64,000 bases of DNA, taken from assembly GCA_048013815.1 (NCBI GenBank), contig CM106586.1:15810001-15874000 (forward strand). Reading direction: 5' to 3'. Position 1 is the stretch's first letter; each line of letters opens with the position of its first letter. The notes under the pieces were generated by a model. It was not told the DNA's origin. It did not search any database and saw only the letters and a list, made by a program, of their open reading frames with translations. Source of the DNA: Setoptus koraiensis (Eukaryota > Animalia > Arthropoda). Position numbers and translations under genes: made by a program. Below are positions 37,501-49,678 of this stretch, one piece after another.

Positions 37501-38039
37501 GACGAACGAAGAGTCTTGCGATTCTGTATCAGAATTTTGGCGCGCTTCAAATTCGAATTTAAATAGCGCGGAATGGTGTTTGTCCAGATACGGAGTGCGC
37601 ACAATAGAGTCGCAATCGTAAATCGAACCATTGTATAACAATGCCTATTCTGTGCCCTGTGCAGCGCAGACGCCGATTTGGCAATACAAAAGTAGTGCAT
37701 GTGTTGCGCATTTATTGCAAATAGGCACAATTTTTTGATGCAATATTCATGAAATATCCATCAGCAGTAGTATTCATGAATATCTAGTGCACTGAAATCA
37801 ATGGACTAGAATGGCCGGAATAAAGTTACGCACAGTTAACGGCACATGATCGGTGACTTTTAGAGGCGTTTACCGTACAGAATAATGCGTGCGTAGTTGA
37901 AATCATGTGATATGTGTCGAAACAAACAATGGTCATAAAATGAGAATCCATTTGTAAATTTCTATTGTATCATTATTATCCGACGTGTAATATATTTATT
38001 GTTATTATTAATAATACTATGTGATATTGTCACACCAAG

Positions 38040-40157
38040 ATGAATAAAAACTTACAAAATCATATAAGATTGCTTAAAGAGCTCGACGATAATGAGGCGG
38101 CGATTCTGCCCGGCCAGCCAGTGTTCGTTCCGAACAAATTCTCCAAGGGAGGCCGCCTCAGAATCTACAATATACCACAGAATATTTTCAGGCAAATGGC
38201 ACTGGGCAATTTAGACAAGGAAAGCAATGATCTTAAAGGGCCGCTCACCATTAACAACTACAAGCATCGCTTTCAAACATTACTCTGGCTAGAGGAGGCC
38301 CATCAACAGATTGAAATGAGACGTTACGATATTCAGGACACGTTGCTGGGAAAATTCTCCGACTTTTTTGTTTTGCCCGTGCCAGGCTTAGCCGAGGGCA
38401 GGCCATCACTAATGAGGGGCGATAAAGTGTTTCTGTCCATGTACAATAGCGCCAATAAGTACGAGGGCTACATACACGACGTTCGCGAGGCCGATGTTCT
38501 CATCAAGGTACACAACTCACTGCATACTACGGACACCGACGGTGTTCACTTTAAGGTGGCCTTCTTCTTTTCGCGAACGGCATTCAGACGATGCCATCAC
38601 GGTGTCGACATGATCCAGCAGCGACACATTTCACACGAAACAATATTTCCTAGCAGTAAAAGCAGTCAATCGTCGTCAACCAACAAAAACCAACAGAATG
38701 GGTCCAAAGCAGCATCTTATAATAATGATAATAATAATTATAGTAAGCTAAATAACAAGCCCCTGATTGATTTAGAGTGTGACCAAGATCTCGATCTGAT
38801 TGATAAAAAGCTCAACCTATATCAACGCCAGGCTGTACGCAATGTTCTCATGGGCGCATGCCGACCTGCTCCATACTTGATATTTGGACCGCCAGGTACG
38901 GGCAAAACTGTTACACTTGTCGAGGCCATACTACAATTGTTTACCAAAAATAAGAAGGCCCGCATACTGGTGTGCAGTAACTCAAATGCTTGCACCGACT
39001 TGCTGGCCACACGCCTATTGGATTCTCAAGTTGTTACAGCCAAGGATATGTTACGTTTGTCTGCCTTTTATCGTATGGAAAAAATGATACCAGAAAACCT
39101 TGCCGAAATCACCAAAGAGACAGGACAACTTGGCGAAGAATTTTGGCTAGATTATCGTATTATGGTTACCACTTGCATACAAGCCGGCTCATTATATGAG
39201 TTCCTCGAGCCAGGTAGAGGATTTTATGATGCCGTTTTTATTGACGAGGCAGGCCATGCGAACGAACCCGAAACTCTCATTCCAATCGGATTGGTTAAAA
39301 AGAGCGGCTTGTGCGTGCTCGCTGGTGATCCTCATCAGCTAGGTCCAGTTTGTATGTCTAAGATTGCCGGTGATAATGGACTTGGCGAATCTCTCTTGGA
39401 ACGTCTGTCCCAGCGTTCTGTATATAGACGAGATATGATATCAGAGGACAATCGTTACGATCGCAAATATATCACGAAGCTACTGATCAATTATCGATCA
39501 GACGAACGTGTTATGACTATCAATAACAGATTGTTTTATGATAATGAACTCAAATATATTGTGAGAACACCACAAAAATGTCTTGATGCCGTTGACGCCA
39601 AATTTCCATTGGTATTCCATGGTGTCAAGGGCCACGACAAGCGCGAATACACAAATCCTTCATGGTTCAATCCAAATGAGGCGGTGGTATGTGTTTCTTA
39701 CGTTTCACGCCTGTATGCAGCTGGTTACAAACCGGAACAAGTTGGAGTCATTACTCCCTATAGGCGCCAGATTGACAAGCTTGAGACATTATTTGAGAGT
39801 TGCATGCTGGACAGATGCAAAATAGCTACTATGGAGGAATTCCAAGGCGATGAAAGGGAGATAATCATAATATCGACAGTTCGTTGCGAAGAGAAAAACT
39901 TGGAACATGATGCAAAATTCTATTTGGGCTTCCTATTCAATCCAAAACGTTTCAATGTTGCAGTCAGTCGAGCCAAATGGTTGGTTGTAGTGATAGGTGA
40001 TCCAGAACTGCTCAAACGAGATCCTTGTTGGGAGCAGTTCATAAAATTCTGTAAGATAAATAACTCATATATCAAAGTGACCAACATGTCGTCAAGAGAG
40101 AAAGGTGATGATGGCAATGAAGAAGACGAGTCCCCAACCGACGAGAATATTGATTAG
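38040..40157 (+). CDS. MOV10: MOV10/Armitage/SDE3-like superfamily-1 (UPF1-like) RNA helicase, intronless, 705 aa
   Basis: LPVPGLAEGRPSLMRGD, Walker A GPPGTGKT, Walker B FIDEAG, LAGDPHQLGP, LLINYRS, SWFNPNEA, VITPYRRQ, EEFQGDERE, FNPKRFNVAVSRAK. AATAAA at 40438. Confidence 0.95.
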   Translation: MNKNLQNHIRLLKELDDNEAAILPGQPVFVPNKFSKGGRLRIYNIPQNIFRQMALGNLDKESNDLKGPLTINNYKHRFQTLLWLEEAHQQIEMRRYDIQDTLLGKFSDFFVLPVPGLAEGRPSLMRGDKVFLSMYNSANKYEGYIHDVREADVLIKVHNSLHTTDTDGVHFKVAFFFSRTAFRRCHHGVDMIQQRHISHETIFPSSKSSQSSSTNKNQQNGSKAASYNNDNNNYSKLNNKPLIDLECDQDLDLIDKKLNLYQRQAVRNVLMGACRPAPYLIFGPPGTGKTVTLVEAILQLFTKNKKARILVCSNSNACTDLLATRLLDSQVVTAKDMLRLSAFYRMEKMIPENLAEITKETGQLGEEFWLDYRIMVTTCIQAGSLYEFLEPGRGFYDAVFIDEAGHANEPETLIPIGLVKKSGLCVLAGDPHQLGPVCMSKIAGDNGLGESLLERLSQRSVYRRDMISEDNRYDRKYITKLLINYRSDERVMTINNRLFYDNELKYIVRTPQKCLDAVDAKFPLVFHGVKGHDKREYTNPSWFNPNEAVVCVSYVSRLYAAGYKPEQVGVITPYRRQIDKLETLFESCMLDRCKIATMEEFQGDEREIIIISTVRCEEKNLEHDAKFYLGFLFNPKRFNVAVSRAKWLVVVIGDPELLKRDPCWEQFIKFCKINNSYIKVTNMSSREKGDDGNEEDESPTDENID

Positions 40158-40533
40158 TATAACATAGATTGACTAATAATATCAAACTTTTGAGACGCCC
40201 GTGTTCACGCAGCGCACGGTCTCTGTAGCCATCTCTAATCACTTAGGTGTCACTACTTAGGTATTTCTCTATTCTAGTGAGGCGAACGTGGCGAGGCCAA
40301 ATCGAAAAAAGAGGACCATCAAGAGGAACTTGCTAATAATAATATTAAACTTTTGATCACTTTTGAAACGCAATTTGCAACAAACTATGATACAATTAGC
40401 TTTTATTTTGTTGAGAAAACAACATTGTTTTGTGACAAATAAATGGTCATTAATTTTACTTAATACTTTCTCATCGTACCTGTTTCGATATTAATAAATA
40501 GAGCATCATACTCTGTGTTTAGCTTGTGTTGTG

Positions 40534-40662
40534 GATCTGAGTAGAAGATCCAGCGATTCAAGTAAGAGATCCAGCGATCCAAGTAAAAGATCCGACGATC
40601 AAAGCAAAAGATCCATTGATCCAAGTAAGAGATTTAACGATTCAAGTAATAGATCCAGAGAT
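40534..40662 (+). repeat. 21-bp tandem repeat, ~6 copies (consensus GATCCAAGTAAGAGATCCAGC); one open frame encodes D-x-S-K-R-S-x heptads
   Basis: Units visible directly. The other five frames contain stops; variation includes synonymous AGT/AGC and AAG/AAA. Confidence 0.85.
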
Positions 40663-43083
40663 GTACTTGTATATGCCTCGCCCACCAATCAAGCAATGTT
40701 ACCAAGCACAATTTATAATCCTTGCGGACTGTTTGCGTGGGTGTGACACTGTACAGTAGTGACACTGTAGTTGAATCCAATCAAATCAGATGGCACTAGT
40801 AAGATTAACTTTTAAGAGTCAAACTGTTCATGTAGCAAATAGGCTGAAGAGTCGCAAATAGAAGTCGGTATGTAAAGTGTGATATACCGTTAGCCAGGTT
40901 ATAAACAAGTGTAGACGAGCAGCACCATGACCAAAGAGCCGATCATGCTCGCTAATGGAATACATAGGTACAATATAGTTGACTGGGACGTGGTTAAACG
41001 CGTGCCATAGCGCTTATAGCTGCGGGTGATATTTTTGCGGTCGCCATGGTGTTTTTTATCCATAACAACACGAGCTGAAGCTTGTTGTTAGAAATACCTT
41101 CATGCTATGTGGCGAAGAACAAAAGTATTCGCGAGAGCTAGTATGAAGTATTGAAAAGAATGCTTACAATTTAATCAAATTGGTTGCCGCTGCTTGAAGT
41201 GCGGCCGGCAGCGCAGCGAGATTTTATCTCTATCATTGTTTGTTTATATTTATTTTGTCTCTTACAATTTTTTCTTAGCCAATAGGTGTGTGTGTGTGGT
41301 GCCGTTATGATGATGAGTTATGTCTGAGTTCCTATCCCGCTATGAAGCCGACGCCGACATGGGCAGACATTGGCGGCGGCGGCGGCGGCTGCGGCGGCCA
41401 CCATCGGCAGCAGACTACGAGGCGAACGAGACGAAGAGAAATGGTTGTTGGTGTCCCAGAGGCAACTGTCATCGGCGGCCATGATGACTTATCGTTGGCA
41501 CTGCCAACTGCCAACGATAAATCTAAACGGAATTCCATTTGTTTTGGCCTCTCCTTGTCGGAGCTGGCTGCCCGTAGCAGAGACAACAATCACCTGTGTT
41601 CACGCAGCGCGCGCCCCTGTAACCGCTGTATGAGATGCACGGCATATCTGACCTGATCACATTTGGTATTTGTGCTTGACCATACCTGTCCATTGCAATA
41701 CCTGTCCACTGCTGTACCTGTCCGCTGCTATACCTGTCCATTTCTCTGCCTGTATCGGTTCTATATTGTGAGCCGCGGACGTGGCGACGCCAGCGAAACA
41801 AAAAAGCGACCGAGGAATTCGCCAAATCCAATCAACAACAATGGCCAGTGTGTGATACCGTTAATTCACTTACGGCCACCGGTGAGCGGCCGGTGTCCTC
41901 AATCAGGCGCGATCAGCGTGAACCGGCGATGCGGCCGCCGGCCGCCGGCCGGCCAGCCGTGCCATTAGCTGCAAATTAAACTGACCCCAGAGCGAGCGAG
42001 AGGTCACGTCGCAGCGCGTAGGATGATGATAGATTGCAGCAGTGATAGATATAATTAACTAATCAATCAGTGGTAAGGTAAACAAGCCAGCAACAGTGCC
42101 ATTTGGGCCGTTCGGGCAGCTAACGCAACCGTTGGTTTGCATCGCACCGATTATATTATTATTATATTATATTGTGGCGATATCATATCGCATAAGCGCA
42201 TAGCGGCAACAGTGCGCCAGCGCCCACAGATCGGATGCGGCGCGGCGCGACGCAACAGCCCAAACAAAGGCGCGCGGACCCCACGCAAGCACCTGTTAAT
42301 GTTATAATTGAATATCGGAACGGTATGGCCAATCCAATTTAGCCCGCTAATGTCCAGTTAGTTAGATTAGTGCGCCAGCGTGCGTTGGCGCCGTGATCGA
42401 TGAGCCAATGGGCCGCTCGTCCGGCCGGCGTCGCCGGTTCACGCTGATCGCGTCGCCCGTGGGGCCGGCGCACGGACACATGAGCAGCGGCTTCGATTAC
42501 CTAATAATCGAGCCCGTGGCCCTGCTCACAGCGGGCGACACAAACTCGGCTTGGCGCCAACTGTTCATCTCCGTTTGGTCAGCGCCGGCCGGCCGAGCCG
42601 TTTAGTCAATGGCCGGCTGGCGGCGCTGTCAAGCGGTGACGGCCGGCCTGTCAGTGGTCATTACGGCCGCCGACATATATAGTATAGTATCGCATAGATG
42701 TGACCACTATATGGCAAAATAAACAAACAACCTGTGTCATTAGCATGCAAACATTTGCGTCGTTGCGTCCCGCGGACACACAATGCAAACTGCAATAATG
42801 CCAAACGCTATAATGCAATAATGCGAGCCGCGCATCATTGTGCAAATTGTGCGCGCCGGTCGCTCGCGCGGCCGGACATTGCGAGTGACCGGCCGCGCGA
42901 GTGACCGGCCGCGCAAGTGACCCGCCGATGTGCACAATTGTGGCCGCTGCAACGGCGGCGGCTGCCGCCGCGCCGGCACAATTCACATTAATTGGCGCAC
43001 TGGCCTCGCGACAGGTGAACTGTCGTTCGGTGGCGAGAGTGTGCAGTCGCGACAAACAACCACCTGCTGAGCGTATCTGTCCT

Positions 43084-43163
43084 AATGTGCAAGTGACTCG
43101 AATGTGCCAGTGACTCGAATGTGCAAGTGACTCGAATGTGCAAGTGACTCGAATGTGCCAGTG
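43084..43163. repeat. 17-bp minisatellite AATGTGC(A/C)AGTGACTCG x4.7
   Basis: Direct head-to-tail copies at 43084, 43101, 43118, 43135 and a partial copy at 43152. Confidence 0.95.
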
Positions 43164-43952
43164 CTCCCAATGCGCAACCCGAGCACGACGCAGCTAATGA
43201 ACTGGCGCCCGATCGTTTGACACTGGCGGACGCTGGCCGACGCCGGCCCGCGAGCAGCGGACGCGACGCGGCGACACGGGCCGTGTGCCATTACGACAAA
43301 CTGACCACTGGGCAAGTGGCCGGTTGCGCGGTGGCCGGCGCACCGGCCGCGTTTGGCGCTGCTTGCCAGCGAGCGAGCGGCCCCTCCGACGGCGCGCACA
43401 GCGGCGGCCAACAGCAACTGGCGGCCGGCAACAATTGTGATCAATGTTGGACATTATGTAACAACATTATGTAAATGTTGCTCGCACTGCCAGACTGGTC
43501 GGACGGGCCGCCTATTGCGGCTTGACGTTCGCTGGGCGCCCGCCGCGGCTCATATATTGTATATGAGGCAGTTCATATATTACATATAACGCAGTTTATA
43601 TATCATATATTATGTACAGTGCACATCAGGCGCGACTCCCCACAAGCAGCGATCGGCGCTGCTGATGTGCACTCGCCAGTACGGGCCGGTTGCGCCGGGC
43701 CCCGAATGCAGCCGACTGCGCGGTGTCCGGCACTGCATACTGCGTGGTGCATAGGCATAGACGCGCGCTACCCGGTACCGCACAACATGTTGTGCAATGG
43801 TGGGTACATCGGTTGGCGCATCGCCGCTGGACGGCGGCGCGCTACGAGAGGCGCATTTGCATAATCAGCTGTTGTTTGGTCACTGTCATTGTTGTCATTG
43901 TTGTCGTTGCTGTCATTGTTGTCGATGGCGTCATTGGTGGTGGCCGCTCGCA

Positions 43953-44019
43953 GTTTCACTGTTTCACTGTTTCTCTGTTTCACTGTTTCTCTGTTTCACT
44001 GTTTCTCTGTTTCACTGTT
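43953..44019. repeat. 8-bp tandem repeat GTTTC(A/T)CT x~8
   Basis: Direct reading of the sequence. Confidence 0.9.
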
Positions 44020-44378
44020 GCAGTGTCAGTGTCAGTGATGTGTCAGTGCGGTGTCAGTGGCCAGCGATTGGGGGCGCAACGTCAGTGTTCAATGTCAATA
44101 TCTGGCAGCGCACAAGCTGTGTCAAATTGACACTGTCAATTACTCGCTGTGCTGTGTTGTTACCTTGCGCTGTCAGTGTGCGTTATTATGTAACAATGCG
44201 CGCCACACAGACACGCCATAATTGAGCGCAAGGGTGACAGACGAGTTGAGCATAGAGACTGACCATTAGCGAGCCGCCGCCAAACGTCGCCCGGCCGCGG
44301 CCAACAATGGACCGCCGCTGCCAGCGGCCGGCTGGTGTGCGCGGCACAAGAGCGGCTCGTGTCACCACTTGTTGTTGC

Positions 44379-44422
44379 GCTGTTGTTGGGCTGTTGTTGG
44401 GCTGTTGTTGGGCTGTTGTTGG
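44379..44422. repeat. 11-bp tandem repeat GCTGTTGTTGG x4
   Basis: Direct reading; followed by a CAA/GCA trinucleotide tract at ~44490-44575. Confidence 0.9.
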
Positions 44423-45984
44423 GCTCTGTTGTTGCACTCCGCGGCGGTTGTGGACATGAGCACAATCATCATTACAACTGACATTACACCACATCCAGCA
44501 ACAACAACAACAGCAGCAGCAACAACAACAACAACAACAGCAGCAGCAACAACAACAACAGCAACAACAACAAGTGCGCCATGTTGCGCAACTGTCATGT
44601 CGCGCTTGCGCTGGCCAGCAATTGTTAGCCGGTCACGACCGAGCGACACACAACATACGGCGCACTTATTTACTGCGGTTGCTCGTCGGTGTCGCTCGCC
44701 GGACACTCAACTCGACGTGCACGTCACCCGCTTACAATGAAGGCATTGTTGTGCGCCCGCTAATGGCGACACAACAATAATTACACGCTTGTTACCGCGG
44801 CCACTTGTTGTTGTCCATCCATGCGGCCACACAATATGGCCAGTCTATATGTCAGTATATATGTGGTCAGTCTTCGCAGCCGGACGACTGACCGCTGCTG
44901 GCGGCTCACCTGTGTCAGCGGCGGCTCACCTGTGCGGCCGGTCGCTGGTTGCTGGCTGGCTGGCTGTTGGTGTTGCGCACAACAAATCAGCGCCAGCAAT
45001 CGGCGATCATCTTTCATCTGGCGACGCGCTGTTGTTGTTGTTGTCGGCCGTGTCCACCGCTCGCCATCATCCGCGGCTATTGGACGACGCTGCGGCCCAC
45101 AAGTGCGTCACTCTCGTCACGTCGGTGCCCGTCAGCTCAGCTGTGCGTCGGCTCAGCTGTGCGTCAGGTGAGTCTCACCTGTGACACAAGCTGACACAGG
45201 CTCTCTGTCTAATCCCGACAATGGCGCCAGCGCGCCTCATCGGCACGCCCCCACGCGGCGCTCACCTTGGCCGCTGCGGCCATTGTGTGCTCGTTGCGCC
45301 GGCCACTGGACTGACCACGGGACTGACCACTGGACTGGTCATTTGACTGACCACGGGACTGACCACGGGACCGACCTCCAAACCGCTCGCCGACGGGCGG
45401 TTGCTCCAGTTTTCGCAGTGTCGCTCGCTCGCAATTTGCGAGTCGCAAATCAATTTACAAATTTGTCTCTGCTCAGCTCGCGCCAACGGCACAAATGCAT
45501 GTCATGTGCAACACATATCAATGCAAGCTATAATATCATCATCATTGTGTGCCGCTCGCTCGCAGCCACTTGCGACACACCAACTCACCTGTGCGCCACT
45601 GACCTCCAACCAACTGTTAACATAACCAACAATATTCTAATTCAACTTTCGCGGCACCGGCTCTGGCGCCACCCGCCGCCGCCGCCGTCACGCCCACAGC
45701 TGCGTACGGCCAATATGCATGTGCCGACAATGTGTACAGTGTAATACACTGAGTGTATACATTATGCAGGGTATATAGCGGTCAAGGATGACCGCTGACC
45801 GGTACGCAAAAAGTGTAAATGTACGACGACAGTGCACAGCTGATTGCGCACGCCAGAACTGGCACAGATGTGGCGCACCGAGCCAGAATTGTGAGACAGA
45901 AAAGAAACAAAACAATCACTGGCCAATCGTTATAAACTGACAAATTAGTTGTGTGTCACTGCGAGCGGCCGATTGGCGGTTTAA

Positions 45985-46026
45985 CAGGTGACTCGCTCAG
46001 GTGACTCACTCAGGTGACTCACTCAG
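45985..46026. repeat. 13-bp tandem repeat CAGGTGACTC(G/A)CT x3
   Basis: Direct reading of the sequence. Confidence 0.9.
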
Positions 46027-47647
46027 ATGAGTGCGGCGTTTGCGCGGCGGCCCGGCGGCGGTCAACGCGAGGGCCACCCTTTGCGCGAATCGGGGTCGTG
46101 TTCTCGAAATGTTCACATGGGGGCCAATTGTGCCAATTGACAACTCGCAATCACGACGCCACCGTGACGCGACCACGTGACGCTGACCGCTACGTGCACG
46201 AACTTGTGGTGCTTGTCGGCGCCACCGACGCCAGCAAGCAAGACAATTGTGGCGCCGCCAGCGCCACTTGTGGCCGGACACGGCACTCGTGTCACTGTCA
46301 TCCGGTTCATCGAACCAGCATCGTGGCAGCATTGTCATACGTGCACATCGGTGTTGTGTGCACGTTACATCACACCTAGGCGGCTATTCGAGCCGCCGAC
46401 ACTTGTCAGCTGATTGTTGGTCGCGGCTCTCGGTCAGCTGACACAGGCGGCCAATCATAATGCATCCATAATAACACGTGCGCGAGTCGCAAGAGATCAG
46501 CATGTTGTACGAGCTCGCAATGTCAATTGTCAGCAATTTGTATCCGTGCGTCTGTGCAGCGTGTGTCTGTGCAGCGTGCGCTTACGTAACACGAACCCAA
46601 GCAAGTTTAGCGGGGCGCTGTTGTCGATGTGGTGGACACGACAACATCGACGACACAAGTGTCATGTCCATTTGAGTATGATGAGCGACGCGATAATGAA
46701 TCGTCCACTGTCGTTGTTGTCGTTGTTGCTGTTGGCGTCGTTGTTGTCGTTGTCGTTGTTGCTTTGGTTGTTGCTGTCGTTGTTGCTGTTGTCGTTGTTG
46801 GCGCGCTTGCACGAGCTCAAGTCAATTGGCAAACTCCAACACAAGTGACAGTTCGAGTGAGCGCATTTGTCGCCAACGCGCGCGCCATGATATGACACAG
46901 AAATGAGATTGCTGACTAATGTCAACTAATACACAATAATAAGCACGATATTGCGCTGCACAATTATATAATAACGCGCCCCAGTTGGCGCTCATCTATT
47001 ACGTTAGTATAAAGCGGGCGTCCATCATTTATAACATGATCAGTGAAGGATAAACATGAGATGATGTTCGGACTAAAACTTGACTCGCTCATCTATTAGG
47101 CGCACTGTTCACTGTGTGCACTGTTCATAGTACTATTACATAACAACCACTGTTAGTAGCACCACTGTTGTTGTTGCTGTCGCTGTTGTTGTTGTTGCTG
47201 CTGCTGTTGTTGTTGTTTGTTAGCGGTCGTTACGTAACGTGCGCGTCGCGATCTATTTGCGCGTGTATTATGCACGCGCAGCAAACACGCGCTGTGTGAC
47301 TCATTTGTTGGCCTGTTTGTCAGTGGGGCGCGCACAGGGTGCACACCAAACACTGAGCACTACATCGTGTATACATCGGCCGTCGCTCAATGTATCAATG
47401 CATGCCCAATGTGACAATGTTTTGTGGCCTCGCAATACATTGAGGCCACTAGGCTCGATGCGCCCCCGAAACCCCAGATGGCGCTGGCAATGACTTTGGG
47501 ACTTTCGAAATGCACTTTCGGAGGCACCACGAGGCGCCATTACGTAACACGAGCACAACTCGAGTATATGATATGAGTATATGGGCACACGAGTATAAAT
47601 TTGAAATTGAGAATGTGTGTAATTATTGTGTACATATATATACGCAC

Positions 47648-47689
<42 letters not shown>

Positions 47690-49593
47690 GGAGTTATAGC
47701 CGGCGATGATGATGATGATATATACGGATAATGATATAATGTTGTTGTTTGCCCCTAGGTGATTTGTCCACTCAACTCGGGTGCACTGGAGTGGGCCCAA
47801 TTGCGAGATTGAGGATTTAGTGGCATCGCAGTGCAGATTTAATTGGATATATCAAATGTAGATCATATGCTTGGGTGCACTTTTTATCCTTTTGCCAGCG
47901 CGGCGCAGTTACATAGGCACAGTTAGCGGCACAACAGTTATATTATTATATAACTGTCGCCTTATGTAACTCGTATCACACAAGTTGTGTGCCACTGTTG
48001 TGTCGCGCAGTGTCCGCGAGCAGATATAAGCAGCATTCGAGTTGGGCCCGATATGACAAATCTGGTTAGAGTAAGTGAGCAGAGGCGAGAGTAAAACATG
48101 AACTGGCAGCCGGAAATTTGCTTGTTTTTGTTTGTTGCTTGTTTGTTGTGTGCCACTGAATTAGCTGCCCGGTTTAAATTCAAACTCGGCTGGCCGGGCC
48201 GGCAATTGATCCGGCGCACCGAGCCGACGGCACCAGCACCAACAACAACAACAACAGCAACAACGACAACAGCAGCGGCCCGATAAGCGGCCATCGATTG
48301 TCCGAAAGTATCACGAGAAACATTAATTTCTATTTGAATGGGCCAGCCAGCCAGCCACGAGCTGGCCCATTCAAATAAAGAGCCAATGGCAACGGAGCGA
48401 GATGGAGCCAGCGGAGAGTTAGTTATTTTATATCGATATTCAAATTCACTCTAGTGAAAACATAACTCTTTTTGGGCTTGCGACATTTTATTGTTGTGCG
48501 ACCCGCTTTGGCCGGCTCCGGCTGGCTTCGGGCCCACGTTTGGCCGGCTCTCGGGCCGCAGATATGCGCCGATGCTCATTGGCTGATTTGGCTTGCGAGA
48601 GGCAACAAAAAGCACCCAAGTGGTAGTTGCACAATTGCGAGCTTAACAAAGTTTTCGTTTCGATTAAAATGAAAACTCCTGGCCCCCCCCCCCCGACAAC
48701 ACCAACAAACACAGCAACAAAGCGCACAACCATTTGATCTGTTGTCGTAACAATAAGTGGCATAATATTATGTAATGTGCTGCCAGGATAAGTCGCACAC
48801 GATATGTAATAATTGCTTTCGCATCAGTGGGTCGCTGCCAGCGCGCATTGAACTCATTAGCATAATGACAACTCGATATTTGCTGACTTATCCACGTCGA
48901 GCAGCACACACTGTGTGCCCAACAATGAGAGAGCCCTCTCGCGTCGAGACCCTTTTTGTCATTGTGACAGTATCAGCGAGGGGCACCTATGTAATTTAGC
49001 CACTATCGGCTGGCATGTTATTTGCCAATGTGCGTAACTTACGTAACGTAAGTCAGTCAGTGCTGCAATAAGGAGGCAAAGATCGTCCGCCAGCAGGCGC
49101 CAATAACAATAATGGTAACAGTAATAACAGTTTACCAATCGCAATTTATTTTGCGATTGTCGCGACTCGCAATTGTCAAATGAAATGCTCGATCGACTGC
49201 CAAACAATAACAATTCACCTGACTCCGGGCCGTGCCTGGCTGGCCCACAGATGGCGCTGCGGAGCGCTCGGGCGAAGCCCCTCAATGTCGCCAAAAGATG
49301 GCCGTTCTTCTGTCAAATTGCCACTGCTGTTCTTATGTCAAATTGCCATCGCTGTTGTTGTGTCAAATTGGCGCTGCTGTCAAATGGCGACCTGGATAAA
49401 GTCGCTTCATTCACGTCGTTGCATCATTAATTTGTAGCGCAATATGTACACAATATGTCGTGTGACATGGCTACATGTTTGTGGCGCCGCTGCTCGCCGG
49501 ACAAACCAGAGAGAGAGACACACCGAAATTGGAGTACGGTCGCGTCACTTTTCAGCCGCATTTCCAGCCTTACGTTCGGCTCCATTTTATGAG

Positions 49594-49678
49594 AATAAAG
49601 TTGAAAATAAAGCTGAAAATAAAGTTGAAAATAAAGTTGAAATCGAAGCTGAAATGAAGCCGAAAATAAGGCTGAGCG
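49594..49678. repeat. 12-bp degenerate tandem repeat AATAAAGTTGAA x~7
   Basis: Direct reading; copies degrade towards the 3' end. Confidence 0.8.

Noticed and set aside
36500-37900. Possible upstream MOV10 exons or a decayed gene
   Set aside because: Open stretches are short, and none resembles the MOV10 N-terminus or any protein I recognise.
40789-40810. GATGGCACTAGTAAGATTAACT resembles the miR-183/263/96 family
   Set aside because: No complementary arm on either side, so it cannot form a pre-miRNA hairpin.
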